DNA of 64,000 nt from a candidate division FCPU426 bacterium (GTDB lineage Bacteria; Oederibacteriota; JAAXVQ01; JAUVAV01). This document shows, one piece after another, positions 45,050-55,048 of the stretch (the stretch's first letter is position 1; each line of letters opens with the position of its first letter). The stretch lies in the NCBI GenBank assembly GCA_040756875.1, contig JBFLYH010000001.1:224001-288000 (forward strand), written 5' to 3'. The notes beneath the pieces are model-generated. The model was given only the letters and a program-made list of their open reading frames with translations, did no database searches and was not told the DNA's origin. The position numbers were made by a program, and so were the translations under genes.

Positions 45050-46873
45050 ATGAAAAAAAGATGGAGTGCGATGCTTGCCAGCGCGGTAATTATTAACTGG
45101 GCCTCTTCAGTCCTGGTTTATGCGGCCAATTTCACAGTCACCAACAATAGTGACAGTGGAACCGGGTCTTTGCGATGGTGCATCCAACAAGCCGATGGGA
45201 ATGGCGAGGCGGACAGCATTTATTTCAACAACGTGGGAACCATCGTGCTGCTCTCCCAGATCCAAATCACCGAGGACAACCTCCTGGTCGGCGATTCCGA
45301 TGATTCCGATGGGATCGTAATTGACGGCGGCACGTTAACCACGGCCATGATTCAAGTCTCGGCCTCCTATGTGCGGTTCCGTAATCTTGCCTTCATCCAC
45401 TCGGGGGCGCTTGGCGGAGGCAGTACGGGCATCGCGCTCAGCGGCACCATGTCGGGCATCAGTTACTGCCGCGTGGGCACGGATTGGAACAACACGACCG
45501 GGGTTGGGTTTTATACGAACCTTTGGGTGGAAGGCGGCACCGATGTCTATATTGGCGGCAGCATCTCCGGCTCTGGAAACGTCATCGCGGACGCCCTGAC
45601 CGGAATTTACGTGAGCAACTCGATCGGGACCAAAATCCAGGGAAATTACATTGGCACCAACCAGAGCGGACTTGTCGAAAATCCCAACGGCAATGCCATT
45701 GTCCTGGACACCGGAGCCGTGCAGACTGCGATCGGTGGCACCACGGGCTACCGCCGCAACCTCATTTGCGGAACCAATTACGGCATCGATATCCGGAACG
45801 GCGCCTCGGGCAACACGGTTGTGGCCGTTTGGATGAACCTGTTGGCCAACCGGACGCCCTCGTCCAACCAGTTCAGCCGTGACATATACCTCCGTTCGGG
45901 CGCGCGCGGCAATTTCATCGGACCCCAGGGTGGAGGCGCACTAGGCAATCTGATTTACAGCGCCTATCTGCGTCTGGAAGACGACACCACAGATAACAAC
46001 AGCATTTTTGGCAACACGCTGGTGGCCGTGGGCGTCTCGCCCATCGACCTTGTCAATGCCGGAACCAACAACGGCAAAGCCGCGCCGGTCATTACTTCCG
46101 CCCTGATCGGCAGTATTCAGGGCACGGCCGGGGCCTCGGATTACATCGAGGTGTTCGAGGCCAACCTTGCCGCCGGACAACAGGGCGGTGCCCTACGGTT
46201 TTTGGGGGCAGCCACGGCGGGTGGCGGCGGCAACTGGAGCATTGTACCGGTTGGCCTGTCAGGCAATGAGGTTGTTACCGCCCTGGCCACCGACGTCCTG
46301 AACAACACCTCGGAATTCGCGACTAACGTGCTGGTTCCACCGCCCACGCCCACCTCGACGAACACGCCCACGTTCACGGTTACACCTACCGTAACCCGGA
46401 CGCCCACGGCTACACCGTCTGCCACGGTTACCTATACTCCGACCATCACCGTCACATCCACCATTACGGTCACATCCACCATCTCGGCCACTTCCACCAT
46501 TACACCGACGCTTACTGTAAGTCCAACCTCTACTATCAGTCCTACCTGCACGATCACTCCCTCCTTGACTGCCACGCTGAATAATCCCCTGGTCAACGCA
46601 GACCTGGGCGGCAAGGCCGTGGTGGCTTTCCCCAATCCGGCCAAGGACCGCGTGACCTTCGTCTTCCACCTGGACGCAGCAGCCAAGGTGGAGATCCGGC
46701 TGTACAACCTGGCCGGCGAGCAGGTTGCGGCCTTGTCCGACAGCTTCGCAGCCGGCAGGGGACAGAGCCTGGTTTGGAATCTCGCCGACGCCGCGCCGGG
46801 CGTGTATGTGGCGCGGATGCTGGTGAATGGCAAGGAACAGGGCAAGGTGAAGGTGGCGGTTATTGGTAAATAA
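45050..46873 (+). CDS. Secreted beta-helix protein with Thr-rich linker and T9SS-like C-terminal domain
   Basis: DSGTGSLRWCI, GNYIGTN, TxTxTS repeats, FPNPA...YNLAGE...APGVY. Confidence 0.82.
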   Translation: MKKRWSAMLASAVIINWASSVLVYAANFTVTNNSDSGTGSLRWCIQQADGNGEADSIYFNNVGTIVLLSQIQITEDNLLVGDSDDSDGIVIDGGTLTTAMIQVSASYVRFRNLAFIHSGALGGGSTGIALSGTMSGISYCRVGTDWNNTTGVGFYTNLWVEGGTDVYIGGSISGSGNVIADALTGIYVSNSIGTKIQGNYIGTNQSGLVENPNGNAIVLDTGAVQTAIGGTTGYRRNLICGTNYGIDIRNGASGNTVVAVWMNLLANRTPSSNQFSRDIYLRSGARGNFIGPQGGGALGNLIYSAYLRLEDDTTDNNSIFGNTLVAVGVSPIDLVNAGTNNGKAAPVITSALIGSIQGTAGASDYIEVFEANLAAGQQGGALRFLGAATAGGGGNWSIVPVGLSGNEVVTALATDVLNNTSEFATNVLVPPPTPTSTNTPTFTVTPTVTRTPTATPSATVTYTPTITVTSTITVTSTISATSTITPTLTVSPTSTISPTCTITPSLTATLNNPLVNADLGGKAVVAFPNPAKDRVTFVFHLDAAAKVEIRLYNLAGEQVAALSDSFAAGRGQSLVWNLADAAPGVYVARMLVNGKEQGKVKVAVIGK

Positions 46874-46925
46874 ACGCCGGGCAATTCAACTGCTTTTGCC
46901 TGATATAAAACCGCGTGTTTGACTC

Positions 46926-49733
46926 CTATTTAACCAGGGCGAACTTTGCCCGCTTCACGCTTTTCCCGTCGGCTTTTAAATCAGCTAGATAAATACCCGG
47001 CGCGATATCCTGGCAATTCCAGGTGATTGTACGGGAGGAGGACGCGTCCGCGGTTTCGCGGATCACGGCAATCCGCTCGCCGTATAGATTATAGATGCCT
47101 ATTTCCCAACTCTGTGCTGGCGGTAACACGAATTGGATATGTCCGCGCGCGGGATTGGGAAATACTTTCCCCGTCCAGGCGGCTAGCAGGCCGTCCGCCG
47201 CAGAGGTGGCAGTGACGGTCGCCGTGGGGGACATCGAAGGCGTGGGGGTGAATGACCGGGTAAAAACAGGAGTGGGGGTTCCAGTGGGAAGCAGCGTGGC
47301 GGTGGCCGTGGGGGTTGCAGTGGAAGTGGCCGTGGGCGGCAGGGTTCCGCTGGGGGTGGCCGTGGCTGAAACCGTGCAGGTGGGCGACGAAGTGGAGGTG
47401 GGAGTGCAACTCGGGGTCGCGGTCGCGCTGGACGAAGGCGTCGGCGTGGCGGTATTGGTCGCGGTCGCGCTGGGCGTGGGTGAAGGCGGCGGGCTGACCA
47501 AAACATTCAGGCTGAAAGCCGACGTACTACCTGCGGCATTGGTCGCCAGGGCGCACACGTACTGACCGTATTGCAATCCCGTGCAGACCGCGCTCCAGTT
47601 GCCGCTTCCGTCGGCATTGCCCTCGCCAACCAGGCGCAGGCTGCCGCCCGCAAGACCGGCGCCCCGGTCTGATACGAAGACCTGGATCTGATCATTGGCG
47701 TCGGCATTACCCTGCACCAAGCTTAAATCGGCGCTTTGTATTGCCGGCGCAGCCTTGCCTTCGTTAGCGCTGCCGAGCAGTTGAATGCCCTGGCCCGAAA
47801 AGGCGCAGATGGTATTGGACCAAAAGCCGTTGCGGAGGCAGGTGCCGTTGCCGAGTGTGATGCCGTTGACGGCTCCGGCCAGCAAATTGCCCAAGCCGCC
47901 GGCCTGGCCGATCAGGTTGTCTCGGGCGGTGTTGGTAAGGAAAACCGCGTGGGTGAAAGTGGGCGACGTGGGTTCGCCGGTGGCCAGCACGCCGATGAAG
48001 TTGGCCGCGCAGGTGTTGTTGCCGCTGTTGCTCACATATATACCGGACAACTCGCCGCCGGTTCCGCCGCAGATGACATTGGCCGCGGGCGTGGTGCCGC
48101 CGATGGTCGTGAAGGAGGCGCCGCTGAGGTACACCGCGCTCAGTTGGTTAGTGACCAGGCCGGTGCCGTTGACGTTCGTTCCCAGGTAATTGCCCGTGAT
48201 CTGGTTGCCTGTCCCGCCGGTCAGGACGATGCCGTACTGGGTGTTGCCGGCGATGACGTTGCGGATGGACACATCCGAACCGCCGACGACGGTCCTGCTG
48301 CAATCATTGCCGTACAATCCGGAATAACCGTTGGGAAGCGCGGAAACGCCGCCGGCGTTGAGGCCGATCCAGTTGCCCTGAAACAGGTTGTCGATTAAGG
48401 GGCTGGCGAAAAAGGATTTGTTCATTACGACACCGTAGCCATTGTTGCCGGAGATCAAATTGCCCAGCCACTGCCCACCCAGGTTGGGGCCGCCCACCAG
48501 GTTGTTGTGGCCTCCGGCCAGATGGATCCCGTGCCCGTTGGGCGCCGCGCCGCTCCCGTCCGTCACAGTGCCGATGTAATTGCCTGCAAAGGTGTTGCCG
48601 TAGCCGTCTTCCATGCTGATGCCGTTGCCTGCGTTTCCGGAGATGATGTTTCCCTCGCCGGCCAGGCGGTTTCCACCGATCAGGTTGTTGCAGGCGTGAT
48701 ACATGCTGATGCCGGAAGCCTGGTTAGGCCTGGGCGTATCGTCCGGCAGGATCCCCACATAATTGTGCTGCACCACGTTCCAGCGCGGGGTAGGTTCGGT
48801 TTGATAGTTGCCGTTGAGGACGATGCCGTTGCTGCTGTTGCCGGCCACGATGTTCTCATAGCCCGTGGGAGTCAGCCCGACGTAATTGCCCTTGGCGCCG
48901 TAAATTTCAATGCCCGTCGAATTGGCGGCCGTGGCGGCCAGGGAAGGGAGCATGCCCACAATATTACCGCAGAGCGTGTTGCCCATGGCGTTTTTGTCCA
49001 TGTACAAGCCGCGGCCGCTGTTGCCGCCGATGACGTTGGCTTCGCCGGCCAGGCGGTCGCCGCCGAACCGGGTGGCGCACGTCCCGTAATCGACGTCGAT
49101 GCCGATGGTGTTGCTCAAGACGGAGTCCCCGGTGGATTGGATGCCGAAGTAATTGCCCCGCACCGTGCAATAGGCGGCAAAGAGCGTCTGCAGGCCGATG
49201 GGATTGCCGCAAAACACGTTGCGTTCGGCCGGCGTGCTGCCGCCCACGTCGTTAAAATATCCCCCCAGCGTCATTGCGTAATAATTGCCCAGGCCGCTGT
49301 TGTCCTGCCAGTCCGTGCCGAAGCGGCAGCCGTAAATGCGGTTGCACGAGCTGGAAACCTGCAAACCCATGGCTTCATACGCCGAGGCGAGGACAAACGC
49401 CAGGCCAGTCACGGTGCTGCCCTGGCTGGCGCCCACCAAACGGAGAATGCTGCCGCTTGAATTTCCGGACAACACCACTTGGCCGCCGCCGTCCAGCAGC
49501 AAACCGTCGGTCACCGAAATGACACCGCTGGTCACGGTGATGCACATGGGTCCCGAAAAAACCACGACATCGGGCCCGGCGTTCCCGTTGGCCAAGGTGA
49601 TTTGCTCCCGCAGGGATCCGGCGCCGCTGTCCGCGTCCGAGGTGACCGTGTGGGTAAGCGCCTGGGCAGTCCCGGCCAAAGCCAGACAGGGCAGCAGCAA
49701 CCGTGCCGCGTTTAATGCGAGTCTCTTTTTCAT
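46926..49733 (-). CDS. Secreted beta-helix protein with Pro/Thr linker and T9SS-like C-terminal domain
   Basis: DSGAGSLREQI, GNIISGN repeats, long PT linker, FPNPA...YNLYGE...APGIY. Confidence 0.82.
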   Translation of the reverse strand: MKKRLALNAARLLLPCLALAGTAQALTHTVTSDADSGAGSLREQITLANGNAGPDVVVFSGPMCITVTSGVISVTDGLLLDGGGQVVLSGNSSGSILRLVGASQGSTVTGLAFVLASAYEAMGLQVSSSCNRIYGCRFGTDWQDNSGLGNYYAMTLGGYFNDVGGSTPAERNVFCGNPIGLQTLFAAYCTVRGNYFGIQSTGDSVLSNTIGIDVDYGTCATRFGGDRLAGEANVIGGNSGRGLYMDKNAMGNTLCGNIVGMLPSLAATAANSTGIEIYGAKGNYVGLTPTGYENIVAGNSSNGIVLNGNYQTEPTPRWNVVQHNYVGILPDDTPRPNQASGISMYHACNNLIGGNRLAGEGNIISGNAGNGISMEDGYGNTFAGNYIGTVTDGSGAAPNGHGIHLAGGHNNLVGGPNLGGQWLGNLISGNNGYGVVMNKSFFASPLIDNLFQGNWIGLNAGGVSALPNGYSGLYGNDCSRTVVGGSDVSIRNVIAGNTQYGIVLTGGTGNQITGNYLGTNVNGTGLVTNQLSAVYLSGASFTTIGGTTPAANVICGGTGGELSGIYVSNSGNNTCAANFIGVLATGEPTSPTFTHAVFLTNTARDNLIGQAGGLGNLLAGAVNGITLGNGTCLRNGFWSNTICAFSGQGIQLLGSANEGKAAPAIQSADLSLVQGNADANDQIQVFVSDRGAGLAGGSLRLVGEGNADGSGNWSAVCTGLQYGQYVCALATNAAGSTSAFSLNVLVSPPPSPTPSATATNTATPTPSSSATATPSCTPTSTSSPTCTVSATATPSGTLPPTATSTATPTATATLLPTGTPTPVFTRSFTPTPSMSPTATVTATSAADGLLAAWTGKVFPNPARGHIQFVLPPAQSWEIGIYNLYGERIAVIRETADASSSRTITWNCQDIAPGIYLADLKADGKSVKRAKFALVK

Positions 49734-50129
49734 GTCACCCTCCAAATGCCAGACCTTTGCCTGGTTTTTATCGAAATAAAAATCCCCCCTGTTTCAACAC
49801 GGCCTCTAAGAACGGGGGAAACCCTTGAAAATCGGGGTGGTCGCGTCCTGACTTCCGTTTTTTAGACCGCTGTCCAGAACGAGAATGACGTCCGAAAGGC
49901 GATTTCCCATTTTAAATAGTTACGGTTGCAGACGTTATCTAGTAAAATGGAATCCGGGCCGTTTGTAATGCTTCGTCTCTTCCGCGGATTTTCGGCTGCA
50001 CGGGCGCCAGGAGAAATCCGATCAGTGCGTGTCGAGGTCGGCGGAGGAATTGCGGGCTGTCTGTCATTTAAACCCCTCCGCCCCTTTGGGATCTTCGGAC
50101 CGGAGAATGATTTTGCAGGGGTGCTTTAC

Positions 50130-50180
50130 GGAGTGAACCCCGGCCACAGGTCTCCTCTCGGGAACTTCAGCCCGGGGAGG
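50130..50180. repeat. Single-hairpin member of the twin-hairpin element family
   Basis: GGAGTGAACCCCGGCC-ACAGGTCTCCTCTCGGGAAC-TTCAGCCCGGGGAGG resembles the terminal unit of 8653-8792. Confidence 0.6.
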
Positions 50181-50215
50181 CCTTCGATGGCTGTGGGAGC
50201 CCTGCGGTTGAGGTA

Positions 50216-52111
50216 TTGCCTTTGCCGAGCCAATCACCGAAACCGGTTCCGAAAACCGGGCTGGCCGACATTGTCGCGGACTGGCTGTGGGTGAAACTGC
50301 GCGAGTGGGTGGAGCAGGGAATCATCCGGCCGGACCAAAAACAGGCCATCGAAGATTTGTATATTTGGCCGCCCCGCCTCATCAAACAGACTCCGGCCAA
50401 ACCCGTTAATCTTATACTCGCCCTGGAAATCATCGGCGCCCTGCTGATCGGCATCGGCCTCATGACCTTCATTGCCTTCAACTGGCCTCATTTGCCCAGC
50501 CCGGTCAAATTGGGTCTGGTTCTGTTTCTGATCGCGGCCATCCACCTGACTGCCTATGGGCTGGTTTACCATTCGCGCTACCACCTGGCCGGACAAGCCG
50601 TGGCGTTTCTCGGCAATTTGACGTACGGCGGCGGGATCTGGCTGGTGGCGCAGATCTATCATTTGCCCGCCTCTTTTCCCAAAGGCATGCTGATCTGGGC
50701 GGCCGGCGTGCTGCCCATGGCCTTGGTGTTTAAATCGAAGCTCAGTTTCTTCCTGTCCGTCGGCCTGTTCCTGGCTTGGACGCTGGCCCTGTCAATGGGG
50801 TATCAACTTCCCCAACCCGTGTTTCTGGCGGTGTTGCTGGGCTTGCTGGTTCCGGGAGCCTATTATCTTCGTTCGCGGATCGGGCTTGCCGTCTGCCTGG
50901 CAGTGGGCGGGCTCTGGCTGTACCTGAATTTATTTCTGTGGGCCGACCTCCGGGTCTCGGCTTTTCTGCTGGTCCCGCTGGCCTTGTACGGCCTGGTTTT
51001 GCTGGTTGTGTCCAATGTGCACGCCGGCAAAGCCCGCTTGCAATCGTATGCGCCGGTTTATCGCCTGGTCGGAGCCGTCATTCTGGCTGCTTTAATCGTG
51101 AGCCAGCCGTTTTACGGCATCTGGTCCGTCCAGCACGCCCGGATGGAATTGGCCGCCCTGCCCTGGGCGTTCTGGCTGTGGTGCGGCCTGCTCCTGGCCG
51201 GCGGAATCATCCTGGTTTTTATCCCCCGCTGGAAAGCCGATGACCCCTCCAGCCGGTTGACCCGGGCCTGGCTGCCTTATCTCGCGGCCGCCTCGCTCTA
51301 TTGGCTGGCGCTGCCGCTGATTAAAATATCGGTCCTGCCCTCGCTGCTGGGGATGTCCGCGGCCGTGCTCGGCCATTGGCTGGCCACGCGTTCCCGGAGC
51401 CTGATCCAGGCCGCCATTGTCATCAGCCTGGCCTGGCTGGGCAGCTTGAATTTGGAATGGGAATTGACGTGGTGGTTCATGGCCCTGCTGATTTTATGCG
51501 GCGCGGCGCTGTATTTGTACGGCTGGGACCTGCGCCGGCCGCCGGCCAAGGAACTCGGCCTGGTTTTTCAATTGCTCGGCTTGTGCCTGAGCCTCGGGCC
51601 GCTTTTTCTGCTGACCTTCCATTCCATCAACCAAAAAATACTCGTCGCCATCCTCCCCTTGCCGGTCCATCCGGATTACTGGATTTTAGCCGGGCTGCTG
51701 GGCGCCGCGTGGCTGGCTGGCTGCCGGTTGATCTTTGCTTACGCCCATCCCAAAGCCCCCCACGGGCTTCTGGCTGAAGAGCGGGTGCTGGCCGTGCTCC
51801 TGGGCCTGTCGCCCTTTGCCGTCACGGCGGCGCGATACGCCGGGCCGCCGGACAACTGGTTCACTTTTGCCCTGAACGCCGCATTCTTTTTCGTTTCGGT
51901 GATGTTCCTGATCACAGGCTACCGCCGGCGGGAGCCGCACCTGAAAGCCCTGGGCTTCGGGTTGATCTCCCTCCTGGTGGCGTTCCGCTTTTTCGAAATG
52001 GACTGGAGCCTGTTGTATAAATCGATCCTGCTCGTCTTCAGCGGCATCATCATCATGGCCACGGGTATCCTGTTCGAAAAAAACAAGGAAAAGGTGGCGG
52101 TCCTTGACTAG
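50216..52111 (+). CDS. DUF2157 membrane protein
   Basis: WVEQGII, GALLIGIG..TFIAFNW, IWLVAQIYHL; many TM segments. Confidence 0.8.
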   Translation: MPLPSQSPKPVPKTGLADIVADWLWVKLREWVEQGIIRPDQKQAIEDLYIWPPRLIKQTPAKPVNLILALEIIGALLIGIGLMTFIAFNWPHLPSPVKLGLVLFLIAAIHLTAYGLVYHSRYHLAGQAVAFLGNLTYGGGIWLVAQIYHLPASFPKGMLIWAAGVLPMALVFKSKLSFFLSVGLFLAWTLALSMGYQLPQPVFLAVLLGLLVPGAYYLRSRIGLAVCLAVGGLWLYLNLFLWADLRVSAFLLVPLALYGLVLLVVSNVHAGKARLQSYAPVYRLVGAVILAALIVSQPFYGIWSVQHARMELAALPWAFWLWCGLLLAGGIILVFIPRWKADDPSSRLTRAWLPYLAAASLYWLALPLIKISVLPSLLGMSAAVLGHWLATRSRSLIQAAIVISLAWLGSLNLEWELTWWFMALLILCGAALYLYGWDLRRPPAKELGLVFQLLGLCLSLGPLFLLTFHSINQKILVAILPLPVHPDYWILAGLLGAAWLAGCRLIFAYAHPKAPHGLLAEERVLAVLLGLSPFAVTAARYAGPPDNWFTFALNAAFFFVSVMFLITGYRRREPHLKALGFGLISLLVAFRFFEMDWSLLYKSILLVFSGIIIMATGILFEKNKEKVAVLD

Positions 52112-52664
52112 GCGCAACGCGGTCATCTTATCGCTGTTCGTCGCGGCCCTGGCGCTGCAACTGGGGATCCTCCTGGCGTTCCAGTTCAGCCGCCAATCCG
52201 CACTCGACCAGGGGCGACGGCTCGTGGTCAGGGCCGAACCTGTTGACCCGCGGGATCTCTTTCGCGGGGACTATGTGATCCTGCGCTACGGCTTCTCCCG
52301 GATCGACCGTGGCCAGGTCAAGGACGCCTTGGGCGAGACGGACCTCAGGGGCGCCAAGGTGTACGTGAAAATCAAGCAAGCCGCTCCGGATGCCGGCTGG
52401 ACGGCGGTGGACGTGCGCCGGCGGCCGTTCGAACGCCTGGCTCCGGACGAGGCCATGCTGGCGGGCAACATCACGGACCATTCGCCTGAAACGCTGAATG
52501 TCGCTTACGGCTGCGAGGATGTTTTCGTGCCCGAAGGTCAGGGCAAGCCGATCGAAAAAAACCTGCGCGAGCACAAAGTGACGGTCGAACTGTCCGTGAC
52601 CAGGCGCGGGGTGGCGCAGCCCGCCAAACTGTTTATCGACGGACAACCGGTTGAATTCAAATAA
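52104..52664 (+). CDS. GDYXXLXY-domain protein
   Basis: PVDPRDLFRGDYVILRY and FVPEGQG. Confidence 0.88.
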   Translation: MTRRNAVILSLFVAALALQLGILLAFQFSRQSALDQGRRLVVRAEPVDPRDLFRGDYVILRYGFSRIDRGQVKDALGETDLRGAKVYVKIKQAAPDAGWTAVDVRRRPFERLAPDEAMLAGNITDHSPETLNVAYGCEDVFVPEGQGKPIEKNLREHKVTVELSVTRRGVAQPAKLFIDGQPVEFK

Positions 52665-52714
52665 CCCTGGCCCTGCTTTGGGCCGGTAATAATTGTTCGG
52701 GAAAGGGACACCCC

Positions 52715-53326
52715 ATGTTCGTCCATACAAGACTCCTGCTGCTCATGCTGGCGCTGGCGGCACTGCCGCTCGCGGCTGCGGCCGAGGAAGCGGCGGTGGC
52801 TGACGCCGCTTCCACCCAAACCGAAGAGGCGCTGCCTGACGATGCGGCGGACGTCGACTTGGCGGAGCCGGAGGAGGCGGTCGCCGAGCCTGAACCCGAA
52901 GAACCCGCCCTGGCGGTTGCTGAGGAGCAGGAGTCGAAAGCCTGGGCGATTCTGGTCGGGTTTCTACAGGGCGGCGGGTCGCTGCTCGGTGCGGACGCCG
53001 AGGTCCTGATTTTCGATGGTCTGGCCGTGCAGGCGGGCGCCGGTTATTTGGGTTACGGCGCGGCGCTCAACTTCCATTTCGAACCCACCCTGCACAGCAA
53101 CTACGTGTCCCTGGTCTACTGGCACCAGGGATTCGATCAGGACCTCAGCCAGCAAGCTGTAGGCCTGGCTTACGGCTTCAGGGCTTTTGATTGGCTGACC
53201 GGCCAGATCGGACTCGGGTATGTGCTGGCGCGGGGTGAAACCGCCGCGGAAAATTTACGGACCGCCTATCACACGGGTACATTGCCGCAATTGATGCTGC
53301 TGTACAGCATTGGCGGGTATTTTTAA
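52715..53326 (+). CDS. Exported protein: acidic linker plus probable small beta-barrel
   Basis: Signal peptide, E/A/P-rich stretch, C-terminal YSIGGYF. Confidence 0.6.
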   Translation: MFVHTRLLLLMLALAALPLAAAAEEAAVADAASTQTEEALPDDAADVDLAEPEEAVAEPEPEEPALAVAEEQESKAWAILVGFLQGGGSLLGADAEVLIFDGLAVQAGAGYLGYGAALNFHFEPTLHSNYVSLVYWHQGFDQDLSQQAVGLAYGFRAFDWLTGQIGLGYVLARGETAAENLRTAYHTGTLPQLMLLYSIGGYF

Positions 53327-53528
53327 TTTTTTGTTGAAGTCCGGCGGCTTGGGGCTGGGGTCTAAGAAGCGGCTCCTTCCAATGTGTGAACAGGCGGGTT
53401 GTTGCTTTTGCATGGCGTGCATGCCGCAAGGTGGTGGTGGGATGGAGAGCGTTTCAGGCAGTCGCCGTTTGAGCGCAGGGCCCAAGCCGAGGCTGGCGGG
53501 GATAAAACTTTAGGATAAAGGAGTCCAT

Positions 53529-54329
53529 ATGAAATGGCGTTTGGTGGTGGGCACGGCAATGGCGATGGTGTTTGCAGCCAATATGGTTTTTGCCAACTCG
53601 GCTTCCTTCAAAGGCTATGCCTTTGAAGCGTATGTCGTCAAATCCAACGGCAAAAGGTACACGGAATTCAAGGACAACAACCAAGCCACCCTTAAAGTGA
53701 AGCCCAAGGAAGAGTACTCCATCGTAGTTCGCAACCCCTTGCCTGTGCGGGTCGGGGTCGCGGTTTCCATCGACGGCCTTAATTCCATCGACGGCAAGCG
53801 CACCTCCCCCCGCAATGCCAAGAAATGGATCATCGAACCCAATTCCTCGATCACGGTTTCCGGCTGGCAGACCAGCAGCCAGACCCTGCGCAAATTCCTC
53901 TTCACTGAAGACACCGCGGCTTACGCCCAGTGGAAGGAAAAAAAAGAAGGCAAGCCTTACACCCGCAACCTGGGAGTGATCGGCGTGGCCTGGTTCTGGA
54001 ACAGCCATGAACTGGACATGGCCCTGCACCCGCCCCAGCCGTTTGAGGAAGAGAAGTATGCGCGCGACGGCGTGCGTTCGCGGGCCGAGATGAAAGCCTC
54101 GTCTGCAGCGCCCAGCGCCGCCAGTGCCGAACGCCGGGCCGGCACGGGCATGGGCGACCAGCGGCAGCACGCGGTCACGGAAGTGGAATTCAATCCCGAC
54201 GCGGGGATGTTCTCGGTCAGGGACGTGCTGAAAATTTATTACGAATTCGCCTCCGAGCCGCCGGAGCCCATGCCCTTTGTGGACGACGACGACGAGGACG
54301 GCCGGTTTACGCCGGATATGTATAAATAA
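53529..54329 (+). CDS. Exported hypothetical protein
   Basis: AAGGAG RBS, signal peptide, VSIDGLN..DG, GW, GVIGVA.F. Confidence 0.7.
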   Translation: MKWRLVVGTAMAMVFAANMVFANSASFKGYAFEAYVVKSNGKRYTEFKDNNQATLKVKPKEEYSIVVRNPLPVRVGVAVSIDGLNSIDGKRTSPRNAKKWIIEPNSSITVSGWQTSSQTLRKFLFTEDTAAYAQWKEKKEGKPYTRNLGVIGVAWFWNSHELDMALHPPQPFEEEKYARDGVRSRAEMKASSAAPSAASAERRAGTGMGDQRQHAVTEVEFNPDAGMFSVRDVLKIYYEFASEPPEPMPFVDDDDEDGRFTPDMYK

Positions 54330-54354
54330 ATATAGCGAAGAATCCCTATTCGTC

Positions 54355-54390
54355 AATCGTAGGGGCGTTCAATTGAACGCCCCTACGATT
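54355..54390. repeat. GTAG-type REP palindrome
   Basis: AATCGTAGGGGCGTTCAATTGAACGCCCCTACGATT, a perfect 36-bp palindrome. Confidence 0.85.
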
Positions 54391-54413
54391 TTTCCTGAAG
54401 GATTTATACCCAT

Positions 54414-55001
54414 ATGATGAATTCCTTTCCGCATCCCCAGCCTGTCTTGCAAACGCAGCGTTTGTCTCTGCGGCCTTTCCGCCTGGAAGACGCGGCCGAC
54501 GTGCGCCGCCTGGCCAATGAACGCGACGTGGCGGCCATGACCTACCGCCTGCCGCATCCCTATCCCGCAGGCCTAGCCGAGGAATGGATCCGCGGCCAGG
54601 AACCGGCGTATCGCGAAGGCCGGGAAACGGTGTTCGCGCTGACTTTGCGGGACAACGGCGGTCTGATCGGCAGCATGGGCTTGATGGTTAAAGCCGAGCA
54701 TGAACGGGCCGAAGTGGGATACTGGCTGGGCAAACCCTATTGGGGGAAAGGGTTTGCCACCGAGGCGCTGGAGGCGGTTCTGGAATACGGGTTTGGCACC
54801 TTGGGGCTGCGGCGCATTTTCGGCCAGCTTTTCGCCCCCAACCAGGCTTCGGCCCGGGTCATGGAAAAAGCCGGCATGATATATGAAGGCCGCTTGCGCC
54901 AGCACGTGAACAAATGGGGCGAATACCAGGACCTGCGGATCTACGCCATGCTGGCGGACGATCCGCGGCCGTGGAATAAACGGGCAGGCGAAAAAAAGTG
55001 A
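54414..55001 (+). CDS. RimJ/RimL-family GNAT acetyltransferase
   Basis: TQRLSLRPF, EVGYWLG..YWGKGFATEA, N.AS.RVMEKAGM..EG. Confidence 0.9.
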   Translation: MMNSFPHPQPVLQTQRLSLRPFRLEDAADVRRLANERDVAAMTYRLPHPYPAGLAEEWIRGQEPAYREGRETVFALTLRDNGGLIGSMGLMVKAEHERAEVGYWLGKPYWGKGFATEALEAVLEYGFGTLGLRRIFGQLFAPNQASARVMEKAGMIYEGRLRQHVNKWGEYQDLRIYAMLADDPRPWNKRAGEKK

Positions 55002-55048
55002 AACCATCCGGCGGGTGCGGGGTTATATTTCCCAGGAGGTGAATCAAT

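Noticed and set aside
44703-46873. Duplicated segment as a DGR template/variable repeat pair
   Set aside because: Both copies are coding, the differences are not adenine-specific, and there is no reverse transcriptase in the window
46340-47490. Tandem-like repeats suggesting a CRISPR array or VNTR
   Set aside because: They are degenerate codon repeats encoding Thr/Pro linkers; there is no constant repeat with unique spacers
49790-49870. Imperfect inverted repeat TCTAAGAACGG / CCGTTTTTTAGA resembling an IS end or MITE
   Set aside because: Short, gapped, no target duplication and no second copy in the window
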